Assembly (NCBI GenBank): GCA_009859145.1 | Contig: VRVR01000020.1 | Span: forward strand, 211,710 to 275,709 | Length of the DNA stretch: 64,000 bases | Reading direction: 5' to 3' | From: Andalucia godoyi And28 | Lineage: Eukaryota; Protista; Jakobida | Shown: one piece after another, positions 53,898 to 64,000 of the stretch | Numbering within the stretch: position 1 is the first letter of the stretch | Layout of the letters: the number at the start of each line of letters is the position of its first letter | Notes under the pieces: model-generated | Told to the model about the DNA's origin: nothing | The model's database searches: none | Seen by the model: only the letters and a program-made list of their open reading frames with translations | Translations under genes and position numbers: made by a program

Positions 53898-54046
53898 CCG
53901 TTATCAAACAGAACATAAAATTATCAGAAAATGTTTTCTTCGTCTGTCGTTTTTTCGCTGCGTGATTTTCGGACAATTTCGGTTTCCCAAAGAATCTTCC
54001 GGTTGTAAGTACTCTCCAGCGAATATTTTGTCATCTTTGACCGTTA
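53898..54046. promoter_or_regulatory. Two MSA-like (TAACGG) elements in the kinesin-5 / Sel1 divergent promoter
   Basis: CCGTTA at 53898-53903 and TGACCGTTA at 54038-54046 (reverse complement TAACGGTCA). Confidence 0.3.
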
Positions 54047-54295
54047 AATGACGCGCTTTGGGAGAAACAGTCGGGATTTTCATTTTAATTTAACGATTTT
54101 AAATTTTAAAATTTTAAAATTTTTTGGCTTCGTTCTTTGCTGTTTCAACGAGGAATTTTCTTTGGTTTTTTCTTCTTTTCTTTTCTTCTTCTTTTGCTTT
54201 TCTTTAAAAAAGACATTTCTTCTGTTAAATTTGCTGGTCATTATTCGTTTCTAACCCTCCCTCTCTCTTTTTCCAAGATTTCGCGTTTTAATCCA

Positions 54296-57200
54296 ATGGC
54301 AGAAAACCCTACAACCCCACGCACTGCCCGTGCCACAGAGAAGATTCCTGTCAAGGTTGTTGTTCGTTGTCGACCAATGAACATCAAGGAAGCACAGTCG
54401 GGCTCCACTCAGGTTGTGTTTGCAGAGGCTGATACTCACGAAGTGAAGATTCAGCAAAACATTGCATCAAAGTATGTGTCCAAAGTGTACACGTTTGATG
54501 AGGTCTTTTCGTCAAACTCCACCCAGGCGGAAGTGTATGACCGTGCCGTCCAGCCCATTGTGGAGGAGGTTCTTGAAGGGTACAACTGCACCATCTTTGC
54601 ATATGGCCAAACCTCAACGGGTAAGACTTTTACCATGGAAGGAGAGCGAGATCTGCAAGACGGACGGATCGTCACGGAAAAGAGTGGAGTTATCTTCCGT
54701 GCCGTGAACCAGATTTTCAATGCGCTTGGTAACGATGAAGTCGAGTACACGGTTCGCGTGTCGTGCCTGGAGCTTTACAATGAAGAGCTTGCAGACCTGC
54801 TGAGTCCCGACTATGAAACCAAGCGACTCCGCATCTATGAGGATCCACGCAAGGGAACAACTGTTTCAAATATGGAGGAAGTACCTGTTCAGACGTCCGC
54901 GGATATTCTCTTGGCCATTGAATCCGCGAATCGCAGACGACAGGTTGCGGAAACCCAATTAAACAGAAATTCCTCTCGCTCTCATGTGATCACGACGATC
55001 ACGATTCACATCAAGGAAGCAACTCCAGATGGCGAGGATGTCGTCCGGACCGGCAAGTTGAACCTCGTTGACTTAGCTGGATCTGAAAATATTGGACGTT
55101 CCGGTGCTATTGAGAAGCGTGCGAAGGAGGCTGGGATGATCAACCAGTCCCTGCTGACGCTGGGCCGTGTGATCACCGCACTGACGGAGCACTCTCCGCA
55201 TATTCCCTACCGTGAGTCGAAGCTCACGAGACTGCTTCAAGAGTCTCTCGGAGGTCGTGCAAAAACATGCATCATTGCGACGATCTCTCCTGCGTCTATC
55301 AACATCGACGAAACGATGTCTACATTGGATTATGCAAACCGAGCAAAGAGCATCAAGAACCGTCCGGAGGTGAACCAGAAGATGACGAAGCGCGCCCTCA
55401 TCAAGGAGATGGCTGCTGAAATCGAGTCTCTGAAGGCGGAGCTCGCTGCAAACCGTGAAAAGAACGGAGTGTATCTGCCCCACGACAAGTTCGTTCAACT
55501 CGAGGCATCGCTGTCATTCCGTGGCCAGCGACTTGGCGAAATCGAGCAGCAGATCTCCGACAAGGAGAAGGAATTTGCAGAACTCCAGGCGCTGTTCAAG
55601 GCACGTGAGACAGAACTGTCGAATGAGCGTTCAACGCATGCGGCAACTCGTGCGGAGCTCTCAGCGACCGTCTCCACTCTGCAAGCGACTTCCAGCGAGT
55701 TGACGGAAACCAAGAAGACTCTCGACAAGAAGGAGTACATCTTGGACGAGTACACGGACACCGAGGACAAGCTGTTTGCAGAAGCGGATGCGCTTCTAGG
55801 AAAATTGAAGAACGCCCTGGGTGACAACTCTGGACTGTTCTCCAAGATTGAGCGCAAGGCACGCGTCGAGCAGAGCAACCAAAAGAAAATCGAAGACTTT
55901 TCCGCGTCTGTGGACGGAATGCTGTTCCATCTGGGAGACTCTGTTCGAACCTTTGAAGATGCTTCTCAGTCACGCATGGCTGCAGTTGGTCATTCTCTTG
56001 ATGCTTGGTCTGTTTCGCAAAATAGGCAGCTTTCCGTCCTGTCCGATGCGATGTGCACCTTCGAGCAGACCGCGTTCGGAGCCAATGACAGAATCGTGAG
56101 TATTGCGTCCCAGTTTGCGTCCCAGGTGATGGATAACACACATCCGTCGTTTGTGGAAATGCAGGCGATGTTCGTGGGACAGATGGAAAAGGCTGTACAT
56201 GGTATGGTCGATGCTTTCCGACAGTCGCTTTCCAACGTCATTGCCGAGGTTTCTGTCCTGTCAGGATCCATGGAGTCTCTTCGCACGTCGTGCGTTTCCA
56301 ACATCAGCAGTCTCGACTCGGCAGTTGGCTCGTTTGTGGAGGATCAGTCACAGCAGCTTGAGCAATTGGCCAAGATGGTGTCGGAGGATTCCGCTTCTGC
56401 GATCGAGATGATTCGGGAGCGCGACGCAGAGCTGGAGAGATCCAGTGTGAAGCAGCTTGAAATGGCAGCTGCTGCGAAAGACGCTCTTCTGACAACTCTG
56501 ATGTCGTCTGTGAATGCTCACTTTGAACAGCAGGCAGCAGCGATGACCAAGTCACGTTCTGCTGTTTCGGAAACACTGTCGTCTGTTTCCGGCAGATGGA
56601 GTACGGTGGTGGAAAAGATATCAGCAGATATTGATGTTGCAAAGAACACTGTTCAGGATTTTGCAGGATCGTTCACGGCCTCGAAATCGGAAGCGATCTC
56701 CTCCCTTTCGGCGTCGGTGTCCGCTACGCAAGCCACCGCGGGCGACATTGCGCGCCGCGTTGAGGCATCGTCTTTTGAAATGGCCGCTGCGGGCTCGTCC
56801 ATTGTCGAACTTTCGAACAACTATGAATCTCAGTTCCAGAAGCGGATGGGAGATGCGTCCATTGAGGTGCGCGTGTTTTTGGATATGGTGAGGGAGAATT
56901 CCGAAGTATCGCGACAGGCGATTCAGGACTTCAAGACCGAGCAGATGTCTCTCTGCTCCGAATTCAGTTCAACGGCTTTTGAATCTGTAGAGGTTTCGAA
57001 GAAGTCTGTTGAGGAAGCGACAGTTGGCGTCCGTGAACACTGTGCACAATCGACCGCTCGGATTTCGGATGTCCGCACTGCCGTGGATCGATTCAGATCG
57101 GGGGTTGAGAAGGACGTCCCCACAGGACTCACTCCAATCAAGAGAGACGTCGCTGTTCCCGAAACACTGCCCAAGACTCGTCCAACCGAAGAAATTGTCG

Positions 57201-57400
57201 CGGAATGGGCGCAATCGAAGCTTTCTTCACCTGCACCGTGTGCGGAAACTGAGGTCCAACAGCCCATGCTCACGGTGGAGACTGTCCCGGCACTAGGGCA
57301 GCGCAACCAGAATGTTTCTCGCTCGCATGGCGTTTCCCCGAAGACTGCAACCGCACCGTCTGTGCCAGCTCTTGCACTGAACAAGGAAAACGTAGCATAA
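54296..57400 (+). CDS. KIF11: Kinesin-5 (BimC/Eg5) (1034 aa)
   Basis: VKVVVRCRP, AYGQTSTGKT, NSSRSH, GKLNLVDLAGSENIGRSGA..KRAKEAG.INQSLLTLGRVI, neck KNRPEVNQK, BimC box VPTGLTPIKR. Confidence 0.93.
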   Translation: MAENPTTPRTARATEKIPVKVVVRCRPMNIKEAQSGSTQVVFAEADTHEVKIQQNIASKYVSKVYTFDEVFSSNSTQAEVYDRAVQPIVEEVLEGYNCTIFAYGQTSTGKTFTMEGERDLQDGRIVTEKSGVIFRAVNQIFNALGNDEVEYTVRVSCLELYNEELADLLSPDYETKRLRIYEDPRKGTTVSNMEEVPVQTSADILLAIESANRRRQVAETQLNRNSSRSHVITTITIHIKEATPDGEDVVRTGKLNLVDLAGSENIGRSGAIEKRAKEAGMINQSLLTLGRVITALTEHSPHIPYRESKLTRLLQESLGGRAKTCIIATISPASINIDETMSTLDYANRAKSIKNRPEVNQKMTKRALIKEMAAEIESLKAELAANREKNGVYLPHDKFVQLEASLSFRGQRLGEIEQQISDKEKEFAELQALFKARETELSNERSTHAATRAELSATVSTLQATSSELTETKKTLDKKEYILDEYTDTEDKLFAEADALLGKLKNALGDNSGLFSKIERKARVEQSNQKKIEDFSASVDGMLFHLGDSVRTFEDASQSRMAAVGHSLDAWSVSQNRQLSVLSDAMCTFEQTAFGANDRIVSIASQFASQVMDNTHPSFVEMQAMFVGQMEKAVHGMVDAFRQSLSNVIAEVSVLSGSMESLRTSCVSNISSLDSAVGSFVEDQSQQLEQLAKMVSEDSASAIEMIRERDAELERSSVKQLEMAAAAKDALLTTLMSSVNAHFEQQAAAMTKSRSAVSETLSSVSGRWSTVVEKISADIDVAKNTVQDFAGSFTASKSEAISSLSASVSATQATAGDIARRVEASSFEMAAAGSSIVELSNNYESQFQKRMGDASIEVRVFLDMVRENSEVSRQAIQDFKTEQMSLCSEFSSTAFESVEVSKKSVEEATVGVREHCAQSTARISDVRTAVDRFRSGVEKDVPTGLTPIKRDVAVPETLPKTRPTEEIVAEWAQSKLSSPAPCAETEVQQPMLTVETVPALGQRNQNVSRSHGVSPKTATAPSVPALALNKENVA

Positions 57401-57669
57401 GTGCCCGTTCATTATTTTCTTCCTTTTTTCATTACGCTCTTTGTTTCATGTACCTATATGCATGGTGGAACTGTTTTGAAACGTCTTGCTCTCATAATAA
57501 AGCACTAACACGATGTAACCATGCGTTTTCCAGAGGCTCCGGCAGATTGCAGATGCGCACCAAACCCAAAAGGCGCGAAGGCCACATGTTGCTGATGTTT
57601 TCACCCCTGTGCGACCGTTTTACATTCACATAGCATATCACAACCGCGAAAAAGAAGAGAAACACGATG

Positions 57670-59628
57670 CTATGAATCCGCTGAATGGGGATCCAAATGC
57701 GAATGCGCAGGCTCCCGCTCCGGCTCAGCGTCTTGTGTGGATTCCCGTAGACTCGGTCCGCCGTGTTGTTGCCGCGCGCGCCGGGCGGCAAGCCTTTCTT
57801 GCACTCGTCGCATCTGCAATTCTCGTTCCGTGTCCAATCTTGATTCCAGAAGTTTGTGTTCCAGTGCAGATATCTTGAAAATTTGCAATGCTTCTTCTCT
57901 TTGAAGCACTCGAGTTTTGGCAAGAGAATACCAGCCTTGGGCCAAATCCGACTCCGAGATGTGTTCCATCGCCGAGGGAAACAAGCGAGTGAACTGCAGA
58001 CGCCACAAGGCGCCATTCAATGACAAACTGTTCCATTGGTCGCAAACTTGCGCGCAAGCAACAACATTTGCCGTGGACAAGAAAGAAAAGACGCGCACCA
58101 TAGAGCCTGAAGGCAGATCAGAAATGAAAACGCTCCGACGGACACGCATGCAGGTCTCGGATTCCAGCCGCCGATGCAGCAGAGGGGAAACTTGCTGTTC
58201 GAATAGTTTCAATTCCTCTGCAAACTCGTCCTTCAGACAATATGAGAATGCACAGGACACTTCAAGCAAGCACTGGTATTCTTGAAGGCACAGTTCGGTC
58301 CACGATCTCAGTGAATCACCCGTGTTGGAGAGCGACAGCATCATGGTTGCCCTCGAGATGCGCGCAAACACGTAAGGCGACAAACACTCGGTATCGCATG
58401 GCTTGATTCGGGGCACTTCAACCCGCTTGTGAAATGTCTGCAGGAATTTTCCGTAGGCGTCAATAGCTCTCACTACCATCGCCTTTGAACAAAGAACCTT
58501 GGACCACTCTTCGAACAATTGCGCAAGATCAAACAGAATTTGACGGGAGAGATCCCGATAGGCGTCCGAGGTAAGCTGCAGCGCAATTGGAGCAAGAAGT
58601 TCAAACCGCGACTGAAGTGCTTCCAACTGCGACATCCCAGTCGCTACCGCACACAGCCGAAACCACGAACAAAGCGCCCGAACGCATCTGAAATGCAAGG
58701 ATACAAAGCCATTTAAAGGAAAAATAGCCAGCGCATTGTCCAAGCGCACTTTCGCTTGATGTCGCAGCCCCTGCAACTGGAAGTCTGTCAGCATTGCACC
58801 GTCGACTTTCAGAACCTCCAGCAAACATATTCCTTCGTACAAATCCAGTTTCCCAAGCAACTCTGCAGCATCGAAAATGCCAGTTGAAGCATCAACCGCG
58901 CCGGCACCATCGCCCTCCAACTTTGCGTGGACACGACACCGCTGGATGCAGTCGAGAAAAGGATCCGCAAACAGGCCAACATTGATGTCCAACACAGTCT
59001 CTAGAAACTGCATCGCAGACGAGACGCTGAATCTCGCTTGCAAAGCATTTGAATAACATGCAACTGCAAGATCCACAGTCCCGAGCCCAACGTACACCGA
59101 ACCAAGCCGCAGTAGACAGCTCCAGTGAATCCTTTGCGGTCTGCAATGCTCTGCATCTGCACCTTGCCCAGCAAGCAATTGATGCGGCAAAGACACATAC
59201 TGAGCATAGACTTGTTCGGACTGCTGAAAGGAAGCCTTTGCGAGTTCCAGATCATGCCTGCGAAAGTGATTCAGGCCGATAATGTAATGCATTTCCTGTT
59301 CCAAATCGAGCGGAAGCAATTTCAAAAAGCGATTCGAAGAAAATGTAGCTTCCACTTGCGAGTACTCTTCGCAGTAAAATAAATTCCATCCAAGCAAATA
59401 GTGCACTTCGCTCATCAATGAGCCGATCCGCCCATGATCACTCGACTGCTCGTTGTTCAGACTCTGCTGGAACTGTTCCTGAAACACCGAGATGCATCTG
59501 TGAAGATGCGACTTTGCGTTGTTCAGCAATGCAAAGGAACACTCGATTTCAAACAGCAAGTGCAGTTGTCGCACGAGTTCCACCGTCTGTTCCAGAAACT
59601 CGAAAAACCCACCGATGCTCATCATCAT
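57670..59628 (-). CDS. TPR-like helical-repeat protein with C-terminal F-box (652 aa)
   Basis: TPR-like YIIGLNHFRR..LELAKASFQQ and LGSVYVGLGTVDLAVACYSNAL. F-box ISDLPSGSMVRVFSFLSTANVVACAQVCDQWNSL...LWR near the end. A 5' exon cannot be excluded. Confidence 0.7.
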   Translation of the reverse strand: MMMSIGGFFEFLEQTVELVRQLHLLFEIECSFALLNNAKSHLHRCISVFQEQFQQSLNNEQSSDHGRIGSLMSEVHYLLGWNLFYCEEYSQVEATFSSNRFLKLLPLDLEQEMHYIIGLNHFRRHDLELAKASFQQSEQVYAQYVSLPHQLLAGQGADAEHCRPQRIHWSCLLRLGSVYVGLGTVDLAVACYSNALQARFSVSSAMQFLETVLDINVGLFADPFLDCIQRCRVHAKLEGDGAGAVDASTGIFDAAELLGKLDLYEGICLLEVLKVDGAMLTDFQLQGLRHQAKVRLDNALAIFPLNGFVSLHFRCVRALCSWFRLCAVATGMSQLEALQSRFELLAPIALQLTSDAYRDLSRQILFDLAQLFEEWSKVLCSKAMVVRAIDAYGKFLQTFHKRVEVPRIKPCDTECLSPYVFARISRATMMLSLSNTGDSLRSWTELCLQEYQCLLEVSCAFSYCLKDEFAEELKLFEQQVSPLLHRRLESETCMRVRRSVFISDLPSGSMVRVFSFLSTANVVACAQVCDQWNSLSLNGALWRLQFTRLFPSAMEHISESDLAQGWYSLAKTRVLQREEALQIFKISALEHKLLESRLDTERELQMRRVQERLAARRARQQHGGPSLRESTQDAEPEREPAHSHLDPHSADS

Positions 59629-59670
59629 TGTCGTCCAGCAACAGTTTCTTTAGGTGCAAGAAAAACCCAA

Positions 59671-59725
59671 CAATCAACCAATCAACCAATCAACCAATCA
59701 ACCAATCAACCAATCAACCAATCAA
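59671..59725. repeat. 8-bp tandem repeat (CAATCAAC)x~7 containing six CCAAT boxes
   Basis: Read directly; lies 43-97 bp upstream of the F-box ATG. Confidence 0.9.
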
Positions 59726-60557
59726 ATCAGTTCATGTCTTTCAGCAGCGATTGTTTCATTCCAGCAATTGAACGATAATCACGTTTGCGCAATGCGATGC
59801 TACCGAACTGATGTTTCCTTCTGTATCTATCTGTCGTTTGTGTGTATGGTTTTGTTTGCTTTTTGTGCACTGACGAACAAACACGCTGTTTCCCAGCATC
59901 TTTGCGAGTCTTCTTTTTTCCTCCTTTGGCGGAGGGTTGTTATCGGCAGATCGGATGCGGAAGCCGTTGACGCCACTGATGGCTGGTTACGAGCGGAGTG
60001 AGCTACAAAAGGAAACGTCGTAGCAAAAAGGGAAACCCGATCCGACAAAAAGCCCTCTCCCCAAACTTTCCAGACTCCTCACGCCCCTCCTCAAGTCTTC
60101 TCCGGTCGTATCTCGCGCACGAGGCCTTCTCATTGTTTTCTCCCCCATCTTGAGTGAGGTTTGGGCTTTGCCACCCTTTTTGCCTGGCTCTTTCCCTTCT
60201 TTCTTCTTCTTCTTCTTCTTCTCTCTCTCTCTCTCTCTCTCTTTCTCTTTCTCTCTCGTCTTCTCGTCTTCTTGTCTTCTCGTCTTCTTTCCTTTCTTTT
60301 TTTAATTTTTAATTATATTTATTTATTCATTTGAAGGGAAAAAGAATAAGGGCAGTTCAAATCATTTGTTTTGTCGCCTTCTTGTTTCACACCTCTTTTA
60401 TCTCGGTTGCACTGGCAAATCAGCATCATCGTCGTTATTGTCTGTTGAGGGAACTCCGAGTGATCATTCACAGTCTTTGTTCACCTTAAATCTCACAACT
60501 TTCCCTGATCGTATCTTGATCCGTCTCTTCTGTTTTTCTCAAGCAAACGACATCATC

Positions 60558-61096
60558 ATGTCGCAAGGCTCTGGAAAGCGCGTGATCGAAAGCACATCAG
60601 GCCCTCTTACCGCCCCTCCTCCTTCCAAGCGACCGACTTCGCAATCACAGCAGCCTGCAAGCCCACAACCTCTTCAACACCATCAACACCACCATCACCA
60701 ACAACAACAATTACAGCCACAGCCACAGCCACAGCCACAACAACACTCACAGCTACCACAACCACCGACTCAGCAAGGTTTCTCTGCCACGTATTCTCCA
60801 CGAACAATTCCTTCTCCATCTCGTATGTACTTTCCTCTTCTCTCTCGCACCTCCAATTTCGGTCCGTTGTTCAGCATTTTTCTTATTCGTATCATGTACC
60901 TCGTTATTGTGTTTCAAAAAATTACATAATATAATAAGACGCAGTTTCGACAGCAAGCGCAGTTGGAGTTACCGGTTCGTCGTTCGTTTCGCCCTCCCCG
61001 GGCGTTCATGCCTCTATTCTACGTCGTGGCGCAACCATTATACCTTCGATGCCAGCTAGCTTTGCAACCGCTCCCAACAGCAGCAGCAGCAGCAGC

Positions 61097-61147
<51 letters not shown>

Positions 61148-62365
61148 CATATGATGAGCAACGGACCGAGCACTCCGTCTGTTCATCATCCGATTCCTTC
61201 GATGGGGGCATTTTCGACGCCAGGTGCCCCTTCGTCGACGCCGGGCCAGTCGTCTGCCAGTGGTGGCGGAATGAAATGGAGTGGGTCTTCTGTTTTGCTG
61301 AATGGTGCGGGGATGTCGACGCCTTCTTCTGGTTCATCCCTCGCCCGGTCCCAATCGCACTCGCATGCAATGAGCTCGCATCTGCCGCCAAGTGCACAGG
61401 GATCGGCTGCTCGGGGTGGCCAAAATGTCACGCCTTCTTCGGTTGGGTCTGCTTCCGCAGCCGGAATGAGTGCGGCCAGTGCTGCAACTCGTCACGATTC
61501 CTCCTTGACGAAGCTCACAGAGCAGTTCATGAGCATTCTTGCACACCACGCAACATCGGGACCCTCGGGCTCCATTGCATTCCAACCAGTTGACTTGAAT
61601 GAAGCCGCGAAGGTTCTTGGTGTCCAGAAGCGTCGGATCTACGATATCACAAACGTGTTGGAAGGAATCGGGCTCATTGAGAAGCGGGCAAAGAACAATA
61701 TCGCATGGATTGGTGTTGGAATCGCAACGGAATCGGGTGAACATACGCATCCGGTTGCTTCTCTGAGAGCGGAAGTGGGTCTCTTAGCAGAGCAGGAAAG
61801 GATCTTGTCTGAGGAGATTGCAGAGGAAGAATCCACTATTCGTGGACTGTCTGTTCAGCATGCAAACGCTGCCTTTGTTCCATATGACGACATTAGATCG
61901 CTGGATGTGTTCAAACACGACACAGTGATTGGAATCAAGGCTCCTCCAGGTACCGAACTCAGTGTCCCCGACCCAGATCAAGACATGACTCCCGGCACAA
62001 GAAGGTTTCAGATGTTCCTGGCCGCACCTTCCGGCGCCATCGACTTGTTTCTTATTTCGGAAGTGTCCTCGGATGCTGCGAATTCTTCTTCTGCCTCTGG
62101 ACAGCCGCTTGGTGGTGCGCCGGGTTCGAATGATGCTGGCGATTCTCAAAGCCACCAACTCTCTATTGACGTCAAGTCAGAACCACAATCTCACAACAGC
62201 GGGAGTGTTCCGCCGAGCCGTTCTAGCCAGTCTGCCAAGAACGCAACCACGGCTTCTCGGCTTCATTCCCCGCGACAAACGGACATGGACTTTTACTGGG
62301 GCAATGACGTGAACCAACAGGAAACAGATCTCGCTGCCATTTACGGCGTTGGTGATCACCAGTAA
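60558..62365 (+). CDS. E2F: E2F transcription factor, 2 exons (~561 aa)
   Basis: Exons 60558-60822 and about 60945-62365. DNA-binding domain RHDSSL..LT..F...[37 protein letters not shown]; marked box [16 protein letters not shown]; C-terminal DFYWG...DLAAIY pocket-protein-like motif; Q/H/N low-complexity N-terminus. Confidence 0.9.
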
Positions 62366-62382
62366 GAATTAGAAAGAAGGAA

Positions 62383-62386
<4 letters not shown>

Positions 62387-62444
<58 letters not shown>
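62387..62444. repeat. (AG)29 microsatellite
   Basis: Read directly from the sequence. Confidence 0.95.
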
Positions 62445-62449
<5 letters not shown>

Positions 62450-62533
62450 GATACGTTTGTAAAAGTCTAGTCGTTTTTAAAAATTTTAATTTAAAGAATA
62501 TAATATAAAATGTAGATCATCAGCCCTGCCTGT

Positions 62534-63655
62534 TCACTGCAGGATGGATGGGTCGCGAACAAACGATGGAGTCGATGTGACCGTCGTCATATCGGGATCC
62601 AGACGCTCCTCACGTTCGGCAAGCCAACTATCGTCGACAACAGAAGGCGCATCCATCATCACCTTTTCTCGTGCGAGTGCCACCAGGTATTTTGAAAACC
62701 TTTCCCTGAAGGGTCCGTATCTGCACACACGGTTCGCCAGCGTGATTGAATCGAAATACTGGTCCGGCGACCGTTGGAATGGCCGATCTTCAGGATGTGC
62801 CATGTCCGCAATCGATATGATGCATGCGTTCTTATTGTACGGTTCACGGAACTCTCGCGAGTGCGTGAGAACAGCGGGAAGCAGAAGCGTCTGTATACAC
62901 ACGACACCCATGATCCACGAAATGGTCGCCCAAGGAATGATCAGATTCCCCATTTGTTTTGAAGTCTTCCCAGCACCGCCCCTGGATTGCCCCCTTAGCA
63001 AATCAATCCGAGAGATGGCTGCTGGCTTCTTGCGATCTTCCGAGAGCCCTATCCGCAACACGTCTACCGCCGAACCGAACGCGATGAAGGCAATTTCCAC
63101 AGAGGGAAGATCGCGAGTAAAGAACCATTCGACCGCGAGCTGCAAGCCTGCCCACCCCAGGAACGGAAGCGGAGTTGCATACCTATTTCGAAGCACAACT
63201 GCAAAAGGGAGTACGTAGGATGAGAATGTCGTCATGTGCTCTGCTAGTTGCATTCTGTAAAACATCGATACCACAGGAAACCAATCTATAAACATGTTGA
63301 ACAATGCTGTCCATTTCGTGGTACGAGATTTAGAATCCTTGAGCACGTGGCAGCCAATCAAACAAAAGGTCTCGAGCACCATCAGAATTCGCAAAATGTA
63401 CCAAGCCAGCCGAACGGAATACTGTCCCACTTCACCAGAATCAAAGTGAACAGGCGACGTGAAGATCAGCGAGCACACGCTGGGGGCAAGGCTGCACAGA
63501 ACGCCGTCTGCAGACATCAGCGGATGCATCACTCGATGCGGAAATACGACGGGAGCAAACTCGTACCCATGTTTCCAAACACCAGACAGAACTCCCACGA
63601 AAAATACGTGGTACACTGCTGCGATCGAGACGCACAGGGGGAAAATCTTTCTCAT
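62534..63655 (-). CDS. Multi-pass membrane protein of unknown function (373 aa)
   Basis: ATG-TGA ORF with about 6-7 hydrophobic segments; no family recognised. Confidence 0.6.
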   Translation of the reverse strand: MRKIFPLCVSIAAVYHVFFVGVLSGVWKHGYEFAPVVFPHRVMHPLMSADGVLCSLAPSVCSLIFTSPVHFDSGEVGQYSVRLAWYILRILMVLETFCLIGCHVLKDSKSRTTKWTALFNMFIDWFPVVSMFYRMQLAEHMTTFSSYVLPFAVVLRNRYATPLPFLGWAGLQLAVEWFFTRDLPSVEIAFIAFGSAVDVLRIGLSEDRKKPAAISRIDLLRGQSRGGAGKTSKQMGNLIIPWATISWIMGVVCIQTLLLPAVLTHSREFREPYNKNACIISIADMAHPEDRPFQRSPDQYFDSITLANRVCRYGPFRERFSKYLVALAREKVMMDAPSVVDDSWLAEREERLDPDMTTVTSTPSFVRDPSILQ

Positions 63656-64000
63656 CGCCCTCGATTTGCTGAGCACGACAGTCGACTACGGAATCCTATT
63701 ATGATTGCAGATGCTACTGTTTCGAGTATTGTGCTGCACGAATGTGGGAAGCAAAGCTGCAAAGCTGCAAAGAAACTGACAAGAGAGGGGCGGGAGAAAG
63801 AAGAAGAAAAATTAAAATTAAAATTTAAAAAAAAAACGACAGAAGGAAAGAAAAAAGTGCGCGGCAGAAAGCAAACGGGGAACAGATGGCTCGAGTCTGT
63901 GCCACGTCGAGCACCGATGAAATGTCCGACAAGACAATGCCTCAACTTGGAGTTGATGCAGTTGAACGCTTACATTGTGCACTGAACATGCATATCTACG

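Noticed and set aside
59671-59725. CRISPR or telomeric repeat
   Set aside because: 8-bp units with no spacers, not a TTAGGG-type repeat, and the genome is eukaryotic.

Overview
This is eukaryotic (protist-like) nuclear DNA, very gene-dense, read in the standard genetic code. I model about 30 protein-coding genes, most without introns. The 12 introns I could place are 78-176 bp and all start GTATG[T/C/A]. Recognisable genes: importin-4, a Pmp-repeat multi-TM surface protein, RPA1, GNL3/Nug1, GCAT, DDX10, a DHA2 MFS pump, 3-hydroxybutyryl-CoA dehydrogenase, COMMD2, CAF-1 p60, a sterol desaturase/hydroxylase, LDAH, an MIT-domain protein, a membrane-anchored S41 peptidase, LMW-PTP, Sec20, D-cysteine desulfhydrase, a twin-domain adenylyl cyclase, SRP9, kinesin-5, an F-box protein and E2F. 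No rRNA, tRNA or CRISPR array was seen. The top hit is a 3-exon, 800-aa gene (13181-15801, minus strand) that the ORF track splits into three pieces. It appears to join a PEX14-like membrane/coiled-coil region, the PEX7-binding motif of PEX5L/Pex20, and a PEX39-like domain with a KPWE motif, i.e. a candidate all-in-one PTS2 peroxisomal import adaptor. The second hit is two ~520-bp MITE-like elements in inverted orientation (266-783 and 15929-16454) that bracket a 15-kb, 7-gene block. All family assignments are motif recognition from memory; no database search was run.
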